Origin: Gammaproteobacteria bacterium
GTDB lineage: Bacteria > Pseudomonadota > Gammaproteobacteria > Tethybacterales > Persebacteraceae
Length of the DNA: 64,000 nucleotides
Assembly (NCBI GenBank): GCA_965243565.1
Contig: OZ251571.1
Coordinates: 905,129-969,128, forward strand
Direction of reading: 5' to 3'
The notes beneath the pieces are model-generated. The model ran no database searches, was not told the origin of the DNA, and saw only the letters and a program-made list of their open reading frames with translations. The translations under genes were made by a program, and so were the position numbers. Below are positions 10,079 to 21,191 of the stretch, piece by piece. Position 1 is the first letter of the stretch; each line of letters starts with the position of its first letter.

Positions 10079-11098
10079 GTGGAAATGAAATATAAAGACA
10101 CACATCCGTGGCTAGACTTTACCCTTAATTTAAAGAAAATTCCGCCACATATTTGGTTTGATCTTGGGGAATGCGTTAGCAAATGCGACCACCTACAACG
10201 CACCGCTATGTCAGATGAGTTACGCAAAAATATATACAACACCTTTTTAACAAAAGGTGCAACCGCCACTACCGCCATAGAAGGCAACACACTCGGCGAG
10301 GAATTTGTAAGAAAAATAATAGACGATGAAAAACCACAAGTACAGGAATCCTACCAATATCTTGCTCACGAAGTACACAATGTAATCGCCCTGTTTGATG
10401 ACATTTTTAAAAAAGGCAAAATGGGGCATTGCCTCCTTTTTTATCGCCTGATATATTAAATAGTTTTCAAGCAAAAATCTTGAGCAATATACCTATTGAG
10501 GGTAACATCGGTAAAGTGCGACAACGCAATGTTGTTGTAGGCAACTATCGTGGTGCACCACCAGAAGACTGCACCTACTTATTACAGCATTTATGCGACT
10601 GGTTAAATAAAGATGAGGTGTTTTCCTATCTACAAAATACTTACGGCAAAAAAACAGCTGGTATTATTCGTGCTATATTAGTCCATTTTATACATTGCGT
10701 GGATTCATCCCTATGATGATGGCAACGGGCGAACCGCACGCATGGCAGAATTTTATTGTCTAGTAACGGCGGGCATCTCTGCCGCCGCCGCCCATTTATT
10801 AAGTAACCACTGTAATACATTACGCGATCAATACTATAAAGAACTTAACGTCGCCAGCCAAAATAAAAGCCCGATAAATTTTATCAACTTTATGGTTAAA
10901 GGTTTTCGAGATGGCTTGCGCGAGCAATTAAAATCAGTTTATGAAGAGCACAAGCGATTAGTATGGCATGATGTTACCGAGCAAAAAATAACAGGTTCTG
11001 TACCCACACGGCAACGACGCATCGAATTAGCGCGATTACTGGGCAATACTACTAATCAGCGTCTCAAATTAAACCGCCAAAGAATTACTTGCCAATAG
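10079..11098 (+). pseudogene. Fic/Doc-family (AMPylase-type) gene disrupted by two frameshifts
   Basis: Three consecutive ORFs in frames 2,1,2. The canonical Fic motif IHPYDDGNGRTAR (HPFx[DE]GNGR) is encoded just upstream of the third ORF's ATG in its frame. The N-terminal inhibitory-type motif TAIEGN is present. Shifts sit at an A6/T6 run (~10409-10442) and a T4 run (~10690). Confidence 0.7.
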
Positions 11099-11330
11099 AG
11101 ATGTTTTTGTTTTATACGCAAGGCAAGAAAATGTAATGGCTTTACTTAACAATGATCTTAATGAATTAATAAAAATTGACATCGTTAAACGCACACAAAA
11201 GAGTTATCAAGCAAACATGCAACAATTACACGATATGCAACCGCCTATTGCAGAGTAAATTATTTAATTAGTTATATCCTGTATATAGCGAAAAATACGA
11301 CAACTAGCAGCAACAAACGAATTAAGCATT

Positions 11331-12206
11331 TTATAATTTTTTACCTTCACTAACGACTTGCCAGCCGTTTTGACAATAATAGCGTACAGCATCATCGCGT
11401 ATATTTTTATGGTCGGCACTTTTGTAGGTTGCCGCCGCACCACCACCAGCAATCTTGCCAAATTGAGGATCACAACTCCATAATGTCATATCGTCTGCGG
11501 GGTGTGGTGGTACGTACGTTTTAACACCACCGTGTTTTAATGCCATGCAACTAAAATGTATGTCTTCGCCGTTGTCCCACGAAAAAGGTTCTTCACGCCA
11601 CATATAACTAAAATGCCGTTTATCTGAAAACCAAGCATGTCCGACTAAATCCACTGTTTCAACAGTATTGCTGTGCTTTCCATTCCAACCAACTTTTTCT
11701 TTTGCCGAGTACCCACCGCTAACGGGTAATAGTACACCGCTACCTCCTAATATTCCGTCATGTCCTGTTTCTATTGTTTTTAAACAATTTTCAAACCATT
11801 TGGGTTGTGGCAGAATATCATCATCAAATAATGCGATGTATTTTGTTTGTACTAAATTTGCCAATGCAAACCGTCCAAAAAATTTCCAATTAAAATTAGA
11901 GACAATGACACGGTCGGCAATATCAGAAAAATCAGGAATCGGTGCCCCGCTTTCATTACACCATAACCATATTTGTGCGGGCGGATACGTTTGTGCCCGT
12001 AATGCTTCTATTTGCTGTGCGACGTACCCGGGGCGTCTATAGACGGTTAATATGACGGTGATGTCTTGATTGTCCTTTGTGGGTGCTGGTATTACCTCTG
12101 CTGTTTTATTAAACACCACGCCCTGCTTTTGCCCGGCTAATCGCCGCTGCCGCTCGCCCCATCGCATAGCCAATTTTTTTAATAAAGGTGGTTTTTTCTT
12201 TTTCAT
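11331..12206 (-). CDS. Putative glycosyltransferase (DxD-type)
   Basis: 291-aa ORF with a LFDDD motif, located between the Fic remnant and wecB; family uncertain. Confidence 0.45.
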   Translation of the reverse strand: MKKKKPPLLKKLAMRWGERQRRLAGQKQGVVFNKTAEVIPAPTKDNQDITVILTVYRRPGYVAQQIEALRAQTYPPAQIWLWCNESGAPIPDFSDIADRVIVSNFNWKFFGRFALANLVQTKYIALFDDDILPQPKWFENCLKTIETGHDGILGGSGVLLPVSGGYSAKEKVGWNGKHSNTVETVDLVGHAWFSDKRHFSYMWREEPFSWDNGEDIHFSCMALKHGGVKTYVPPHPADDMTLWSCDPQFGKIAGGGAAATYKSADHKNIRDDAVRYYCQNGWQVVSEGKKL

Positions 12207-13348
12207 TGTGCTAAGTAGTCGGCAATATACTCAGCTGCGTGTCCATCACCAAAGGGATTTTTTGCAGCTGCCATAGTATTATAAAGGGTGGTATCAGTTA
12301 GCACACAATTAGTGGCATTAATAATACCTTCGGTTGTTGTTCCTACCAACTGTGCGGCTCCGCATTCTACAACCTCAGGGCGTTCGGTAACGCTACGCAT
12401 AATTAATACCGGTTTGTTTAATGTGGGAGCCTCTTCTTGTATGCCGCCGCTATCGGTTAATATTAAATGACAATGACTCATAAGATAGACAAAGGCGGCA
12501 TAGTCTAAAGGTGGCAATAAATAAATATTATTAATATCTGCTAGCCTATTGTGTACTGTGTCCTTTACTTGTGGATTAAGATGGACGGCATAAACAATGT
12601 CAATGTGGGGGTGTTTTTGGGCAATCGTTTTTAATGCACTACAAATATTTTGCATTCCTTCGCCAAAACTCTCACGCCGATGCCCTGTAACAAGTATAAA
12701 AGGTCTATCATTACTAATACGATAGCCTGCTGCATTGTAACCTGCATTGGCAACGGTATGTTGTACGGTGGCGTTAATGTTGGCATTATTGATGATTTTG
12801 TTTTGCGTATATAACAATGCATCTAATACGGTGTTACCAACGATATGAATACTACCATCGGCTTTTTCTGCTTTTAATCGGGTTTCATTTTTTTGCGTAA
12901 CGGCAAAATGAAGAGTAGCCAGTTTGCTAATCAATAATCGGTTTGTTTCTTCGGGCCACGGGGCACGACGGTTATCACTACGTAAGCCTGCTTCTACATG
13001 GGCGACAGGTATGTCGGCATAAAAACCCGCTAATGCACCAGCGGTAGCAGTGGCGGTATCTCCTTGTACAACAACAGTATCGGGGCGTTGATGGCGAATA
13101 ATATCATTAGCACCAGCGAGAACGGCAGCAACAACATCGCCTGTATGCTGATTTTGTTTCATTATCTGCAGGTCTGTATCGGGTACTATATCAAACCATT
13201 GCAGTGCTTGCTGTAACATAGTGCCGTGTTGAGAGGTGGCGCATACCGTTACTTTAAATTCGGTTTGGCGTGCGCGTAATGCGAATATCAACGGGGCTAA
13301 TTTAATGGCTTCTGGTCTTGTGCCGATGAATATTAATATATTTTTCAC
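12203..13348 (-). CDS. wecB: UDP-N-acetylglucosamine 2-epimerase (non-hydrolysing)
   Basis: 381 aa; N-terminus MKNILIFIGTRPEAIKLAPLI and overall collinearity with WecB/MnaA. Confidence 0.9.
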   Translation of the reverse strand: MKNILIFIGTRPEAIKLAPLIFALRARQTEFKVTVCATSQHGTMLQQALQWFDIVPDTDLQIMKQNQHTGDVVAAVLAGANDIIRHQRPDTVVVQGDTATATAGALAGFYADIPVAHVEAGLRSDNRRAPWPEETNRLLISKLATLHFAVTQKNETRLKAEKADGSIHIVGNTVLDALLYTQNKIINNANINATVQHTVANAGYNAAGYRISNDRPFILVTGHRRESFGEGMQNICSALKTIAQKHPHIDIVYAVHLNPQVKDTVHNRLADINNIYLLPPLDYAAFVYLMSHCHLILTDSGGIQEEAPTLNKPVLIMRSVTERPEVVECGAAQLVGTTTEGIINATNCVLTDTTLYNTMAAAKNPFGDGHAAEYIADYLAQ

Positions 13349-14031
13349 AGTGATATTTAGATTTAGATTTTGGTTCGGATTGTAGTTAAACGCTATTATC
13401 CGCTTATTATCCGCTATTTCCCCTTATGCCTACTGTACTCATTACCCACATCATTCACATTTCCACAGCGTTTATCTGGTAAAAATTCATCTGGCATTAT
13501 AAAACAAATTTTAACCGACTTTAACTTTTTTAGTTAGAGCCTAACTCTTGCAATGAATCATAATCTTAAAAACTGGCATGAATATTTCCAAACAGATGCG
13601 AATTGTAGAAGGATTATAGTATCCAATAAGCAGGAAAATAGTAAAAATAGAGTTTTTAGATTTTACGGAGGGAATAATTGAAATGAATGTGATGAATTAT
13701 GAATTATGCAAAGATTTCAATATATGTATATGTGTGAGTCATATTTTTGCACCTATAGATTTTTACCGCCATAGGCAGACTTGCATCGGCAAGAGGGCTA
13801 GGACTGATTAATGGTGGTTATGGCGATTAAAACCGTCGCACCAATTTCCTCTAATTATGATGACTTGGTAATTTCTTATTCTACCAAATTTACCAACATT
13901 GAGGTGGATTATGCAAAGGTCTAATACAGTGCCTAGCCACATAGTGCAATTATTATAGTGCTTATTTCATTAATTATTTGTTTTTAGCATAAAATATAAT
14001 TATTATAACTTTTTTGTTATAATGCGTTTCT

Positions 14032-15504
14032 GTGCAATACTTTCCATTCTTTCTAAATATCCACACGAAACTGGTTTTACTGGTTGGCGGTGGCGTGGTG
14101 GCACAACGTAAAGCCGACTTGCTACAAAAAGCGGGCTGCCACCTGCGTCTTGTTGCCCCGACTGTCCGTAGCGATTTGGAGGCATTATTACAGCATAATG
14201 GCACTGTCTCTAAACGCCCGTATCAACCAGATGATATTACTGGTTGTACGCTGGTGGTGTGCGCTACAAATGATGAAGCGATTAATGCACGCGTTTCTGC
14301 CGATTGCCGCCAGCGTGGCGTGCCGGTAAATGTGGTGGACTGCCCTGCTCTGTCTGATTTTATTTTTCCGGCACTGATTGACCGCTCACCGCTCACTGTT
14401 GCTGTTTCTAGTGCTGGTGCTTCGCCGGTGTTGGCGCGACGGGTGCGCGAAAAAATTGAATCTTCATTGCCAATGGCAACCGGTGCACTAGCGGTGTTTT
14501 GCGAAGAACACCGCCAAACGGTTAAAGACGCACTGCCGCCGCAGAAGCGTCGCCTGTTTTGGGAGGATGTACTGGATAGCGAAATTGCTGAAAATATATT
14601 AGCCGGTAACAGTGCCGATGCCAAGACGATGCTACTGCAACGTTTACAGCAGTTTGGTACTGACAGCGATAAAATCGGTCAGGTTTATCTGATTGGTGCT
14701 GGTCCCGGTGCAGCGGATTTACTTACTTTTCGTGCACTGCGTTTACTACAACAGGCTGATGTGGTGGTGCATGACCGTTTGGTTTCTACCGAAGTGCTGG
14801 CACTGGCGCGACGCGATGCCGAGAAAATTTTTGTCGGTAAATGCCGCAACCAACAGCTGATGAGTCAGGAAGAAATTAATCAGTTACTCATTAATCTGGC
14901 ACGTAAAAATCTGCGCGTGGCACGCCTAAAAGGTGGCGACCCGTTTATCTTTGGGCGTGGTGGCGAAGAATTACAGGCATTACGTGCTGCCAACATCCCG
15001 ACACAAATTGTACCCGGCATTACCGCCGCTAGTGGTTGCGCTGCGAGCGTGGAGATGCCGCTTACCTATCGCCATCTTGCGCGTAGCGTGCGTTTTGTTA
15101 CTGTTTATGAGCAAGATAAACAAGATGCTCATTTTTGGCAGAAACTGGCGAATGAACAGGACACGACACAGGTGTTTTATATGGCGGGGGCGACCATGGC
15201 GTTTGTTTGTGAACGCCTTATTGCCGCTGGGAGCAAACCGCAAACGCCGGCGGTGTTAATATGTGGCGGTACCACCACAGCACAGCAGCATTTTAGCGCA
15301 ACGCTAGAAACGCTACCCGCAATGGCATCATCAAAATGGTTTTCGCCGGCATTGCTGGTGGTGGGTGAAGTCGCTGCCCTTGCCCGTAAAAGTTACGATG
15401 CCATCGCTACCGCTTCTACCTCGAATGCTTCTATTGAGCATTTATTTATGAATTTACAACATGGAGAATCTCATGCTATCAACCAACCAATGGGAATCTA
15501 TTAA
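14032..15504 (+). CDS. cysG: Siroheme synthase (precorrin-2 dehydrogenase/ferrochelatase + uroporphyrinogen-III C-methyltransferase)
   Basis: N-terminal Rossmann VLLVGGGVVAQRKADLL and C-terminal methyltransferase motifs GAGPGAADLLT and GGDPFIFGRGGEE. The exact start is uncertain. Confidence 0.9.
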   Translation: MQYFPFFLNIHTKLVLLVGGGVVAQRKADLLQKAGCHLRLVAPTVRSDLEALLQHNGTVSKRPYQPDDITGCTLVVCATNDEAINARVSADCRQRGVPVNVVDCPALSDFIFPALIDRSPLTVAVSSAGASPVLARRVREKIESSLPMATGALAVFCEEHRQTVKDALPPQKRRLFWEDVLDSEIAENILAGNSADAKTMLLQRLQQFGTDSDKIGQVYLIGAGPGAADLLTFRALRLLQQADVVVHDRLVSTEVLALARRDAEKIFVGKCRNQQLMSQEEINQLLINLARKNLRVARLKGGDPFIFGRGGEELQALRAANIPTQIVPGITAASGCAASVEMPLTYRHLARSVRFVTVYEQDKQDAHFWQKLANEQDTTQVFYMAGATMAFVCERLIAAGSKPQTPAVLICGGTTTAQQHFSATLETLPAMASSKWFSPALLVVGEVAALARKSYDAIATASTSNASIEHLFMNLQHGESHAINQPMGIY

Positions 15505-17269
15505 CTCGTTAGTAGGGGATCTTAATTCCGAACAACGGCTTTGGCTTTCTGGCTATCTTGTCGGGCTGGATAATACACCGCTCGCACTGCCACCTATCGT
15601 AACTGCTGCTACTGCTAACGAAGCAACAACTGCTACACCGATAACGATTGTTTATGGGTCGCAAGGCGGCAATGGCAAGCAAATCGCCACTGCAATGGCA
15701 CAGCTACTTACCAATGTCGCTGTTGATAACCGCGTGGTGTCGCTGGCAGATTATAAAACGGCGTGGTTAAAAAAAGAGCGTTTTCTGTTTATTGTTGTCA
15801 GCACGCATGGCGAAGGCGAACCGCCTGATGATACGAAAGTATTTTATGATTTTATTTTTAGTAGTCGCGCCCCGGCACTGGCGAAACTAAAATATGCGAC
15901 ACTGGCACTGGGCGACAGCAGTTACGAGTTTTTTTGCAAAATCGGGCAGGATATTCACGAACGGTTAGAGCAACTGGGGGCGCAGGCATTGCAGTCGGTG
16001 GTGGAGTGCGATACCGATTACGAACAATCTGCGACAAAATGGCAACAAAACATCACCGACATGATGAAGCAAGAAGAGCCAAAACACAATGGTAGCAATG
16101 GTAGCAATGGTGTACTGCTACTGCCGACAACCGCTAACACCATTACCCTACCCGTCGTCGCCATCGACAACACTCCAACACGGGCGCAACCTTTTACTGC
16201 GCCGATAATTGAGCATATTATGCTTACCACACCACCACGCCGTACGCTACATATAGAGCTGGCACTAGAAGACGCAAACATAGATTATCGCCCCGGCGAT
16301 GCCATTGGTATTTTTCCACAAAACCCGCCCGCCACTGCCGACAAGGTAGCAACGACACTAGGATTAACGGCACAGCAAACACTTACCATTGACGAAGAAA
16401 CTGCTAATGTTAGTGAGTGGATGATTAAACGGTTAGACATTAGCCGCCCGACTGCTCATGCGCTAAATCGCTATCAGAAAATTATCAACAGCACTAAACT
16501 GGGCAAGCTGCTTGATGATAAAAAAGCACTTGGTAAGTATATTAATGGACGCGATTATGGCGATGTTTTTTGCGATTTTCCGCCGCTACCTGAACAGCAA
16601 AGTCAGGCACTTTCTTGCCTGCGGCGGCTGGCACCACGTTTGTATTCGCTGGCATCTTCGCGCGCGCTACGCGACGATGAGGCGCATTTACTGGTTGCCG
16701 TCAGTGACTATAACGGTCATGATACGGCAATACGCAACGGGGTATGCTCGCAGTATCTGGCAACGCAACAGGCAGGAGACACGGTAGATATTTATTTACA
16801 GCGTAATGATAATTTTCGCCTACCGACAGACGGCAATACGCCGATTATCATGATTGGACCCGGCACTGGTATCGCTCCATTTCGCGCTTTTATGGAAGAG
16901 CGTGAAGCCGCTGGCGATGCTGGTGCTAACTGGCTATTTTTTGGCAACCGCCACCGCCGTGATGAATTTTATTATCAAACCGAATGGCAGGGGTATGGTA
17001 AAAATGGTTTGCTTACACGGTTAGATGTCGCGTTTTCACGCGATGGTACGCAAAAAATATACGTGCAAGATAGACTGCAACAGCACGGTGGCGATATTTG
17101 GCAATGGTTGCAAGACGATGCACATATCTATGTCTGCGGCGATACCAACATGGCATCCGATGTACATGAACGGCTATCGGCGATTATCGGCGAACATCAC
17201 GGTGGCGACAGCAATACTTATTTACAGCAAATGCAAACTGACGGACGCTACCAACGCGATATATATTAA
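15461..17269 (+). CDS. cysJ: Sulfite reductase [NADPH] flavoprotein alpha subunit
   Basis: Flavodoxin-like N-terminus, FAD/NADPH oxidoreductase C-terminus (RLYSLASS, GPGTGIAPFRAF). Confidence 0.9.
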   Translation: MENLMLSTNQWESINSLVGDLNSEQRLWLSGYLVGLDNTPLALPPIVTAATANEATTATPITIVYGSQGGNGKQIATAMAQLLTNVAVDNRVVSLADYKTAWLKKERFLFIVVSTHGEGEPPDDTKVFYDFIFSSRAPALAKLKYATLALGDSSYEFFCKIGQDIHERLEQLGAQALQSVVECDTDYEQSATKWQQNITDMMKQEEPKHNGSNGSNGVLLLPTTANTITLPVVAIDNTPTRAQPFTAPIIEHIMLTTPPRRTLHIELALEDANIDYRPGDAIGIFPQNPPATADKVATTLGLTAQQTLTIDEETANVSEWMIKRLDISRPTAHALNRYQKIINSTKLGKLLDDKKALGKYINGRDYGDVFCDFPPLPEQQSQALSCLRRLAPRLYSLASSRALRDDEAHLLVAVSDYNGHDTAIRNGVCSQYLATQQAGDTVDIYLQRNDNFRLPTDGNTPIIMIGPGTGIAPFRAFMEEREAAGDAGANWLFFGNRHRRDEFYYQTEWQGYGKNGLLTRLDVAFSRDGTQKIYVQDRLQQHGGDIWQWLQDDAHIYVCGDTNMASDVHERLSAIIGEHHGGDSNTYLQQMQTDGRYQRDIY

Positions 17270-17288
17270 TGGCAAGCAATGGCAAACA

Positions 17289-18968
17289 ATGACAACTGAT
17301 AACAGTAAAACACCGCCACTCTCGGCAGTGGAAATTATTAAGAACAACAGCGATTATCTGCGCGGTAGTATTTGTAGCGGATTAGCCGAAGAGACCAGCG
17401 GCGCAATATTTGAAGACGACACAGTATTGGTAAAATTTCATGGCATATACCAACAAGATGACCGTGACCAGCGCGATGAACGGGCGCGGCGAAAACTGGA
17501 ACCAAACTATTCATTTATGCTACGCTTGCGTGTACCCGGCGGCTTGCTAAACGCCGAACAATGGCTTGCTGTAGATGAAGCAGCAACCACGCTCACCGAA
17601 GCCGGCAGTTTGCGGCTCACCACACGCCAAACATTGCAGTTTCACGGCATCCCCAAAGAAAACCTACGCCCATTAGTAAAAAAATGCTACCAACAACTGC
17701 TGGATTCCATTGCCGCCTGCGGTGATGTTAACCGCAATGTCATGTGTTCTCCACATCCTGACATCTCGCCGTTGCACCGTCAAGCACATGAAGTTGCTAC
17801 CGCCATCAGTGAAGCACTACTACCGACAACCCGTGCTTATTTTGAAATTTGGTTAGGCGAAGAACGGCTTGCCGACTCCACAGCAGACACAAACACCAAT
17901 GAAACGACAGACCCACTGTATGGCAAACATTATTTACCGCGAAAATTTAAAATCGGCATTGCCGTGCCACCGTCAAATGATATTGATGTTTATTCGCAAG
18001 ACATTGGTTTTATCGCCATAGCAGAAAACGGAGAATTACAGGGTTTTAATGTACTTGCTGGCGGCGGCTTAGCCACCACGCACAGCGATGAACGCACTTA
18101 TCCGCGCTTAGGCAGCGAAATCGGCTTTTGCACAGTGGCGCAAGCGGTAGAGGTTGCTTGGCACATCGCCGCTTGGCAACGCGATAATGGAGACCGTAGC
18201 GACCGCAAGCAAGCACGGCTAAAATACACAATAGATCGACGTGGTGTGGATGTTTTTGTGCAAGAATTACAGCAACGGCTAGGGTATTGTTTGCCGCCAC
18301 CACGCACGGTATCGTTAACATACCGCAGTGATTTATTAGGATGGCAGCAACGAACAGATGGGCTGTGGGACATGGGATTGTTTATTGAAAACGGCAGAAT
18401 TACCGCCGACTCACCGCTACAAAAAGCATTACAACAGATTGCGAAAAAAAACATCTGCCAATTTATGATGACGCCAAATCAAAACCTGATGTTAATCGGG
18501 CTAAACAATAGCGGCAGAAAAAAAGTACAAACGGCATTGAAAAATATATCCGATATTACCCCATCTTCTGCCCTGCGCGAAAACTCAATGGCGTGTGTGT
18601 CATTTCCAACCTGTCCGCTGGCAATGGCAGAAGCCGAACGTTATCTACCCTCATTAATTACTTTGCTGGAACAGGAATTGGAAAAACATCATCTAACAAA
18701 AGAAGCGATTAGCATTCGCATGACCGGCTGCCCCAACGGTTGCGCCCGCCCGTATATAGCAGAAATCGGATTAGTCGGAAAATCGCCCGGGCATTATAAT
18801 TTATATCTCGGTGCCTCCGCCAATGGCGACCGCATAGGCAAATTAGTCGGCGAAGGATTGACGGAACAGCTAATATTAGAAAAAATCAATCCACTACTCG
18901 CCACCTACGCTAAAAATAAAAAATCAAATGAATCCTTCGGCGATTTCGTACTGGCAACACTAATATAA
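17289..18968 (+). CDS. cysI: Sulfite reductase hemoprotein beta subunit
   Basis: Start set at MTTDNSKTPP, in frame with the longer track ORF; siroheme/4Fe-4S Cys cluster CPNGCARP near the C-terminus. Confidence 0.9.
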   Translation: MTTDNSKTPPLSAVEIIKNNSDYLRGSICSGLAEETSGAIFEDDTVLVKFHGIYQQDDRDQRDERARRKLEPNYSFMLRLRVPGGLLNAEQWLAVDEAATTLTEAGSLRLTTRQTLQFHGIPKENLRPLVKKCYQQLLDSIAACGDVNRNVMCSPHPDISPLHRQAHEVATAISEALLPTTRAYFEIWLGEERLADSTADTNTNETTDPLYGKHYLPRKFKIGIAVPPSNDIDVYSQDIGFIAIAENGELQGFNVLAGGGLATTHSDERTYPRLGSEIGFCTVAQAVEVAWHIAAWQRDNGDRSDRKQARLKYTIDRRGVDVFVQELQQRLGYCLPPPRTVSLTYRSDLLGWQQRTDGLWDMGLFIENGRITADSPLQKALQQIAKKNICQFMMTPNQNLMLIGLNNSGRKKVQTALKNISDITPSSALRENSMACVSFPTCPLAMAEAERYLPSLITLLEQELEKHHLTKEAISIRMTGCPNGCARPYIAEIGLVGKSPGHYNLYLGASANGDRIGKLVGEGLTEQLILEKINPLLATYAKNKKSNESFGDFVLATLI

Positions 18969-19307
18969 CACCGTAGTAACAAGATTTTTTTCATAGAAGC
19001 AATTGTCCCTCGATAGTTCAGTTTGTAGTGCAAGTAACTGAAATTAAAAATTCAAACCTTTAGTTGTAAATGTGAATTATGCAAATATCTCAATCTAATT
19101 CACCCCGAACGAACTGAGCCATAGAAAATACGACAGTAGCCATCAACCCTATCAGTGTCAATCGCTGGTTTTATAGGGTATGTCCAACAACTACACGATA
19201 TTGACAACCCGTAGGGCAAAATATTGTTAGGTATGCTAGAGTAAAAGCATAAAAGTTTGCAAAGTGAGATTGCAAAGTGAGATTGCAAAAATCATGAGGG
19301 GAGAATT

Positions 19308-19496
19308 ATGACAAAGCAATTAACAAAAGAGATGATTATTAATGGCGACCGTTTATGGGTGTCAATAATGGAAATGGCAAAAATCGGTCCCGGTATTGCG
19401 GGCGGTTGCAACCGTCAAACGCTCTCTGATGACGATGCCACAGGACGGGCACTTTTTCAGCAATGGTGTGGGCAGAAATTACCGTTGCTGCTGTGA
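19308..19496 (+). pseudogene. N-terminal remnant (~60 aa) of an M20-family amidohydrolase (allantoate amidohydrolase / N-carbamoyl-amino-acid hydrolase type)
   Basis: MTKQLTKEMIINGDRLWVSIMEMAKIGPGIAGGCNRQTLSDDDATGRALF resembles the conserved N-terminus of this family; a full length would be ~410 aa. The ORF stops after 62 aa and the next gene starts ~100 bp downstream. Confidence 0.45.
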
Positions 19497-19598
19497 CTGG
19501 GACGGTTTTCTATGGTAAAATATTTCTATTAGAGATGAAAATATATTTTTAGCATCCCTCTTCTGGCGTTCTTAAAGCAGAAACAGGAGGAATATAAG

Positions 19599-20603
19599 AT
19601 GAAAACATTAACACGAGCAAAAGTAATAAAATCCATGGCAATTATCGGTGCTTTATTACTGACACCAATGACTTCTTATGCCGCCGATAAATTTACCTTG
19701 CAGCTCAAGTATTTAACACAAGCACAGTTTGCTGGTTATTATGTGGCACAAGACAAAGGCTTTTATGCCGATGAAGGCTTGGATGTAGAAATCAAACCCG
19801 GCGGTCCCAACATTGCACCGCCGCAAGTTCTTGCGGATGGAGGTGCCGATGTGATTGTCGAATGGATGCCCGCTGCACTGGCTTCACGCGAAAAAGGGTT
19901 GGCACTGGTTAACGTCGCTCAACCGTTCAAATCTTCGGGCATGATGCTTACTTGTCGTAAAGACAGCGGTATTAAATCACCCAGTGATTTTCGCGGACGC
20001 ACGTTGGGCGTATGGTTCTTTGGTAATGAATATCCGTTTTTGTCATGGATGAGTCAGTTGAGAATCCCCACCGACGGTTCTGACAACGGCGTAACGGTAC
20101 TCAAGCAAGGTTTTAACATAGATCCCATTTTACAAAAAGAGGCGGACTGCATTTCTACCATGACCTATAACGAATACTGGCAGATTATTGATGCTGGCTT
20201 AGGTGCAGACGAGCTGATTGTTTTTAAATATCAAGACCGAGGCGTAGCAACGCTAGAAGACGGTTTGTATGTACTAGAAGAAAATCTAAAAGACAGTGCT
20301 TTTAAAGACAAATTGGTAGGCTTTGTGCGTGCTTCGATGAAAGGCTGGAGATGGGCTGAAAGATATCCCAACGAGGCGACAGACATTGTGCTAGAAAATG
20401 ACTTGACGGGTGCCCAAACAAAAAAACACCAGCGGCGTATGATACGTGAAATCAGAAAATTAATGGCGGGTTCTAACGGATCTTTGGATGAAGAAGATTT
20501 TCAACGGACAGTTGACACCTTGCTCGAAGGTGGCTCTACCCCCGTCATTACCGAAGAACCACAAGGTGCTTGGACTCACGAAATTACTGACGAAGCGTTG
20601 TAA
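19599..20603 (+). CDS. Periplasmic solute-binding protein, NMT1/THI5-like (sulfonate/nitrate/pyrimidine-type ABC SBP), orphan
   Basis: 334 aa, signal peptide, NMT1/SsuA-like fold motifs (QLKYLTQAQFAGYYVAQDKGFY). No permease or ATPase gene adjacent. Confidence 0.7.
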   Translation: MKTLTRAKVIKSMAIIGALLLTPMTSYAADKFTLQLKYLTQAQFAGYYVAQDKGFYADEGLDVEIKPGGPNIAPPQVLADGGADVIVEWMPAALASREKGLALVNVAQPFKSSGMMLTCRKDSGIKSPSDFRGRTLGVWFFGNEYPFLSWMSQLRIPTDGSDNGVTVLKQGFNIDPILQKEADCISTMTYNEYWQIIDAGLGADELIVFKYQDRGVATLEDGLYVLEENLKDSAFKDKLVGFVRASMKGWRWAERYPNEATDIVLENDLTGAQTKKHQRRMIREIRKLMAGSNGSLDEEDFQRTVDTLLEGGSTPVITEEPQGAWTHEITDEAL

Positions 20604-20717
20604 CATGACTGTAGCATATTGCCTTGAGTTGGCAAGCCTCATCAAAAAAATAGTGATGACAGATAAGGGAAAATGACTGTATTGTGAATAAAAACCAATA
20701 CAAAGACGGCATTCTAG

Positions 20718-20993
20718 CGGAACGTTTATCTGATCATTGAATGCGGGCGTTGTCATATTGCTTGCGAAGACACTTCACATCAAGCCATTACCAACCAAAT
20801 AAACGGCGTACGGCGTTTTGAGGTGATAGAAGAAGAATGCGTGGGTTGTAATTTATGTGTTAATGTTTGTCCTGTAGAAAATTGTATCACCATGGAAACG
20901 TTGCCACCTGGTGCTGTTGATAAACGTACTGGTGCCACAGTATTAGCGGAATTTGCCGACTGGACTACACACCCAACTAATCCTTCAGCATAA
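20718..20993 (+). pseudogene. C-terminal remnant (~90 aa, no start codon) of a PreA/dihydropyrimidine-dehydrogenase-like protein (2x[4Fe-4S] ferredoxin tail)
   Basis: Open frame IECGRCHIACEDTSHQAI...EEECVGCNLCVNVCPVENCITMETL with two Cys-cluster motifs; no upstream catalytic domain remains. Confidence 0.5.
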
Positions 20994-21014
20994 GAATAAT
21001 GCTGAAGAAAAATA

Positions 21015-21191
21015 ATGAAAATAATAATGTTAATGTTAACATTGTCTGGGTGCGTTCCAGTTCTAATAACTGTACCACCACCAGATATTACTATCAGCCC
21101 TGATGAATTTAATGAGACAACGATAGTAAGAATGTCGCCAAAAGGTGCTATTGTTATTCTCCTATCGATTATGGACTATCAGCAGGACTAG
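21015..21191 (+). pseudogene. Possible small lipoprotein remnant (58 aa, lipobox LSGC), with related sequence continuing out of frame
   Basis: MKIIMLMLTLSGCVPVLITV... then a stop; downstream, another frame continues with a plausible peptide. Weak. Confidence 0.25.

Noticed and set aside
17025-17288. Long 5' extension of the cysI ORF overlapping the cysJ 3' end
   Set aside because: CysI homology begins at MTTDNSKTPP (17289), right after the cysJ stop. The extension is just cysJ read in another frame.
19262-19285. Direct repeat GCAAAGTGAGATT x2 upstream of the amidohydrolase stub
   Set aside because: Only two copies of 12-13 bp. It could be a slippage duplication; there is not enough structure to call a regulatory site.
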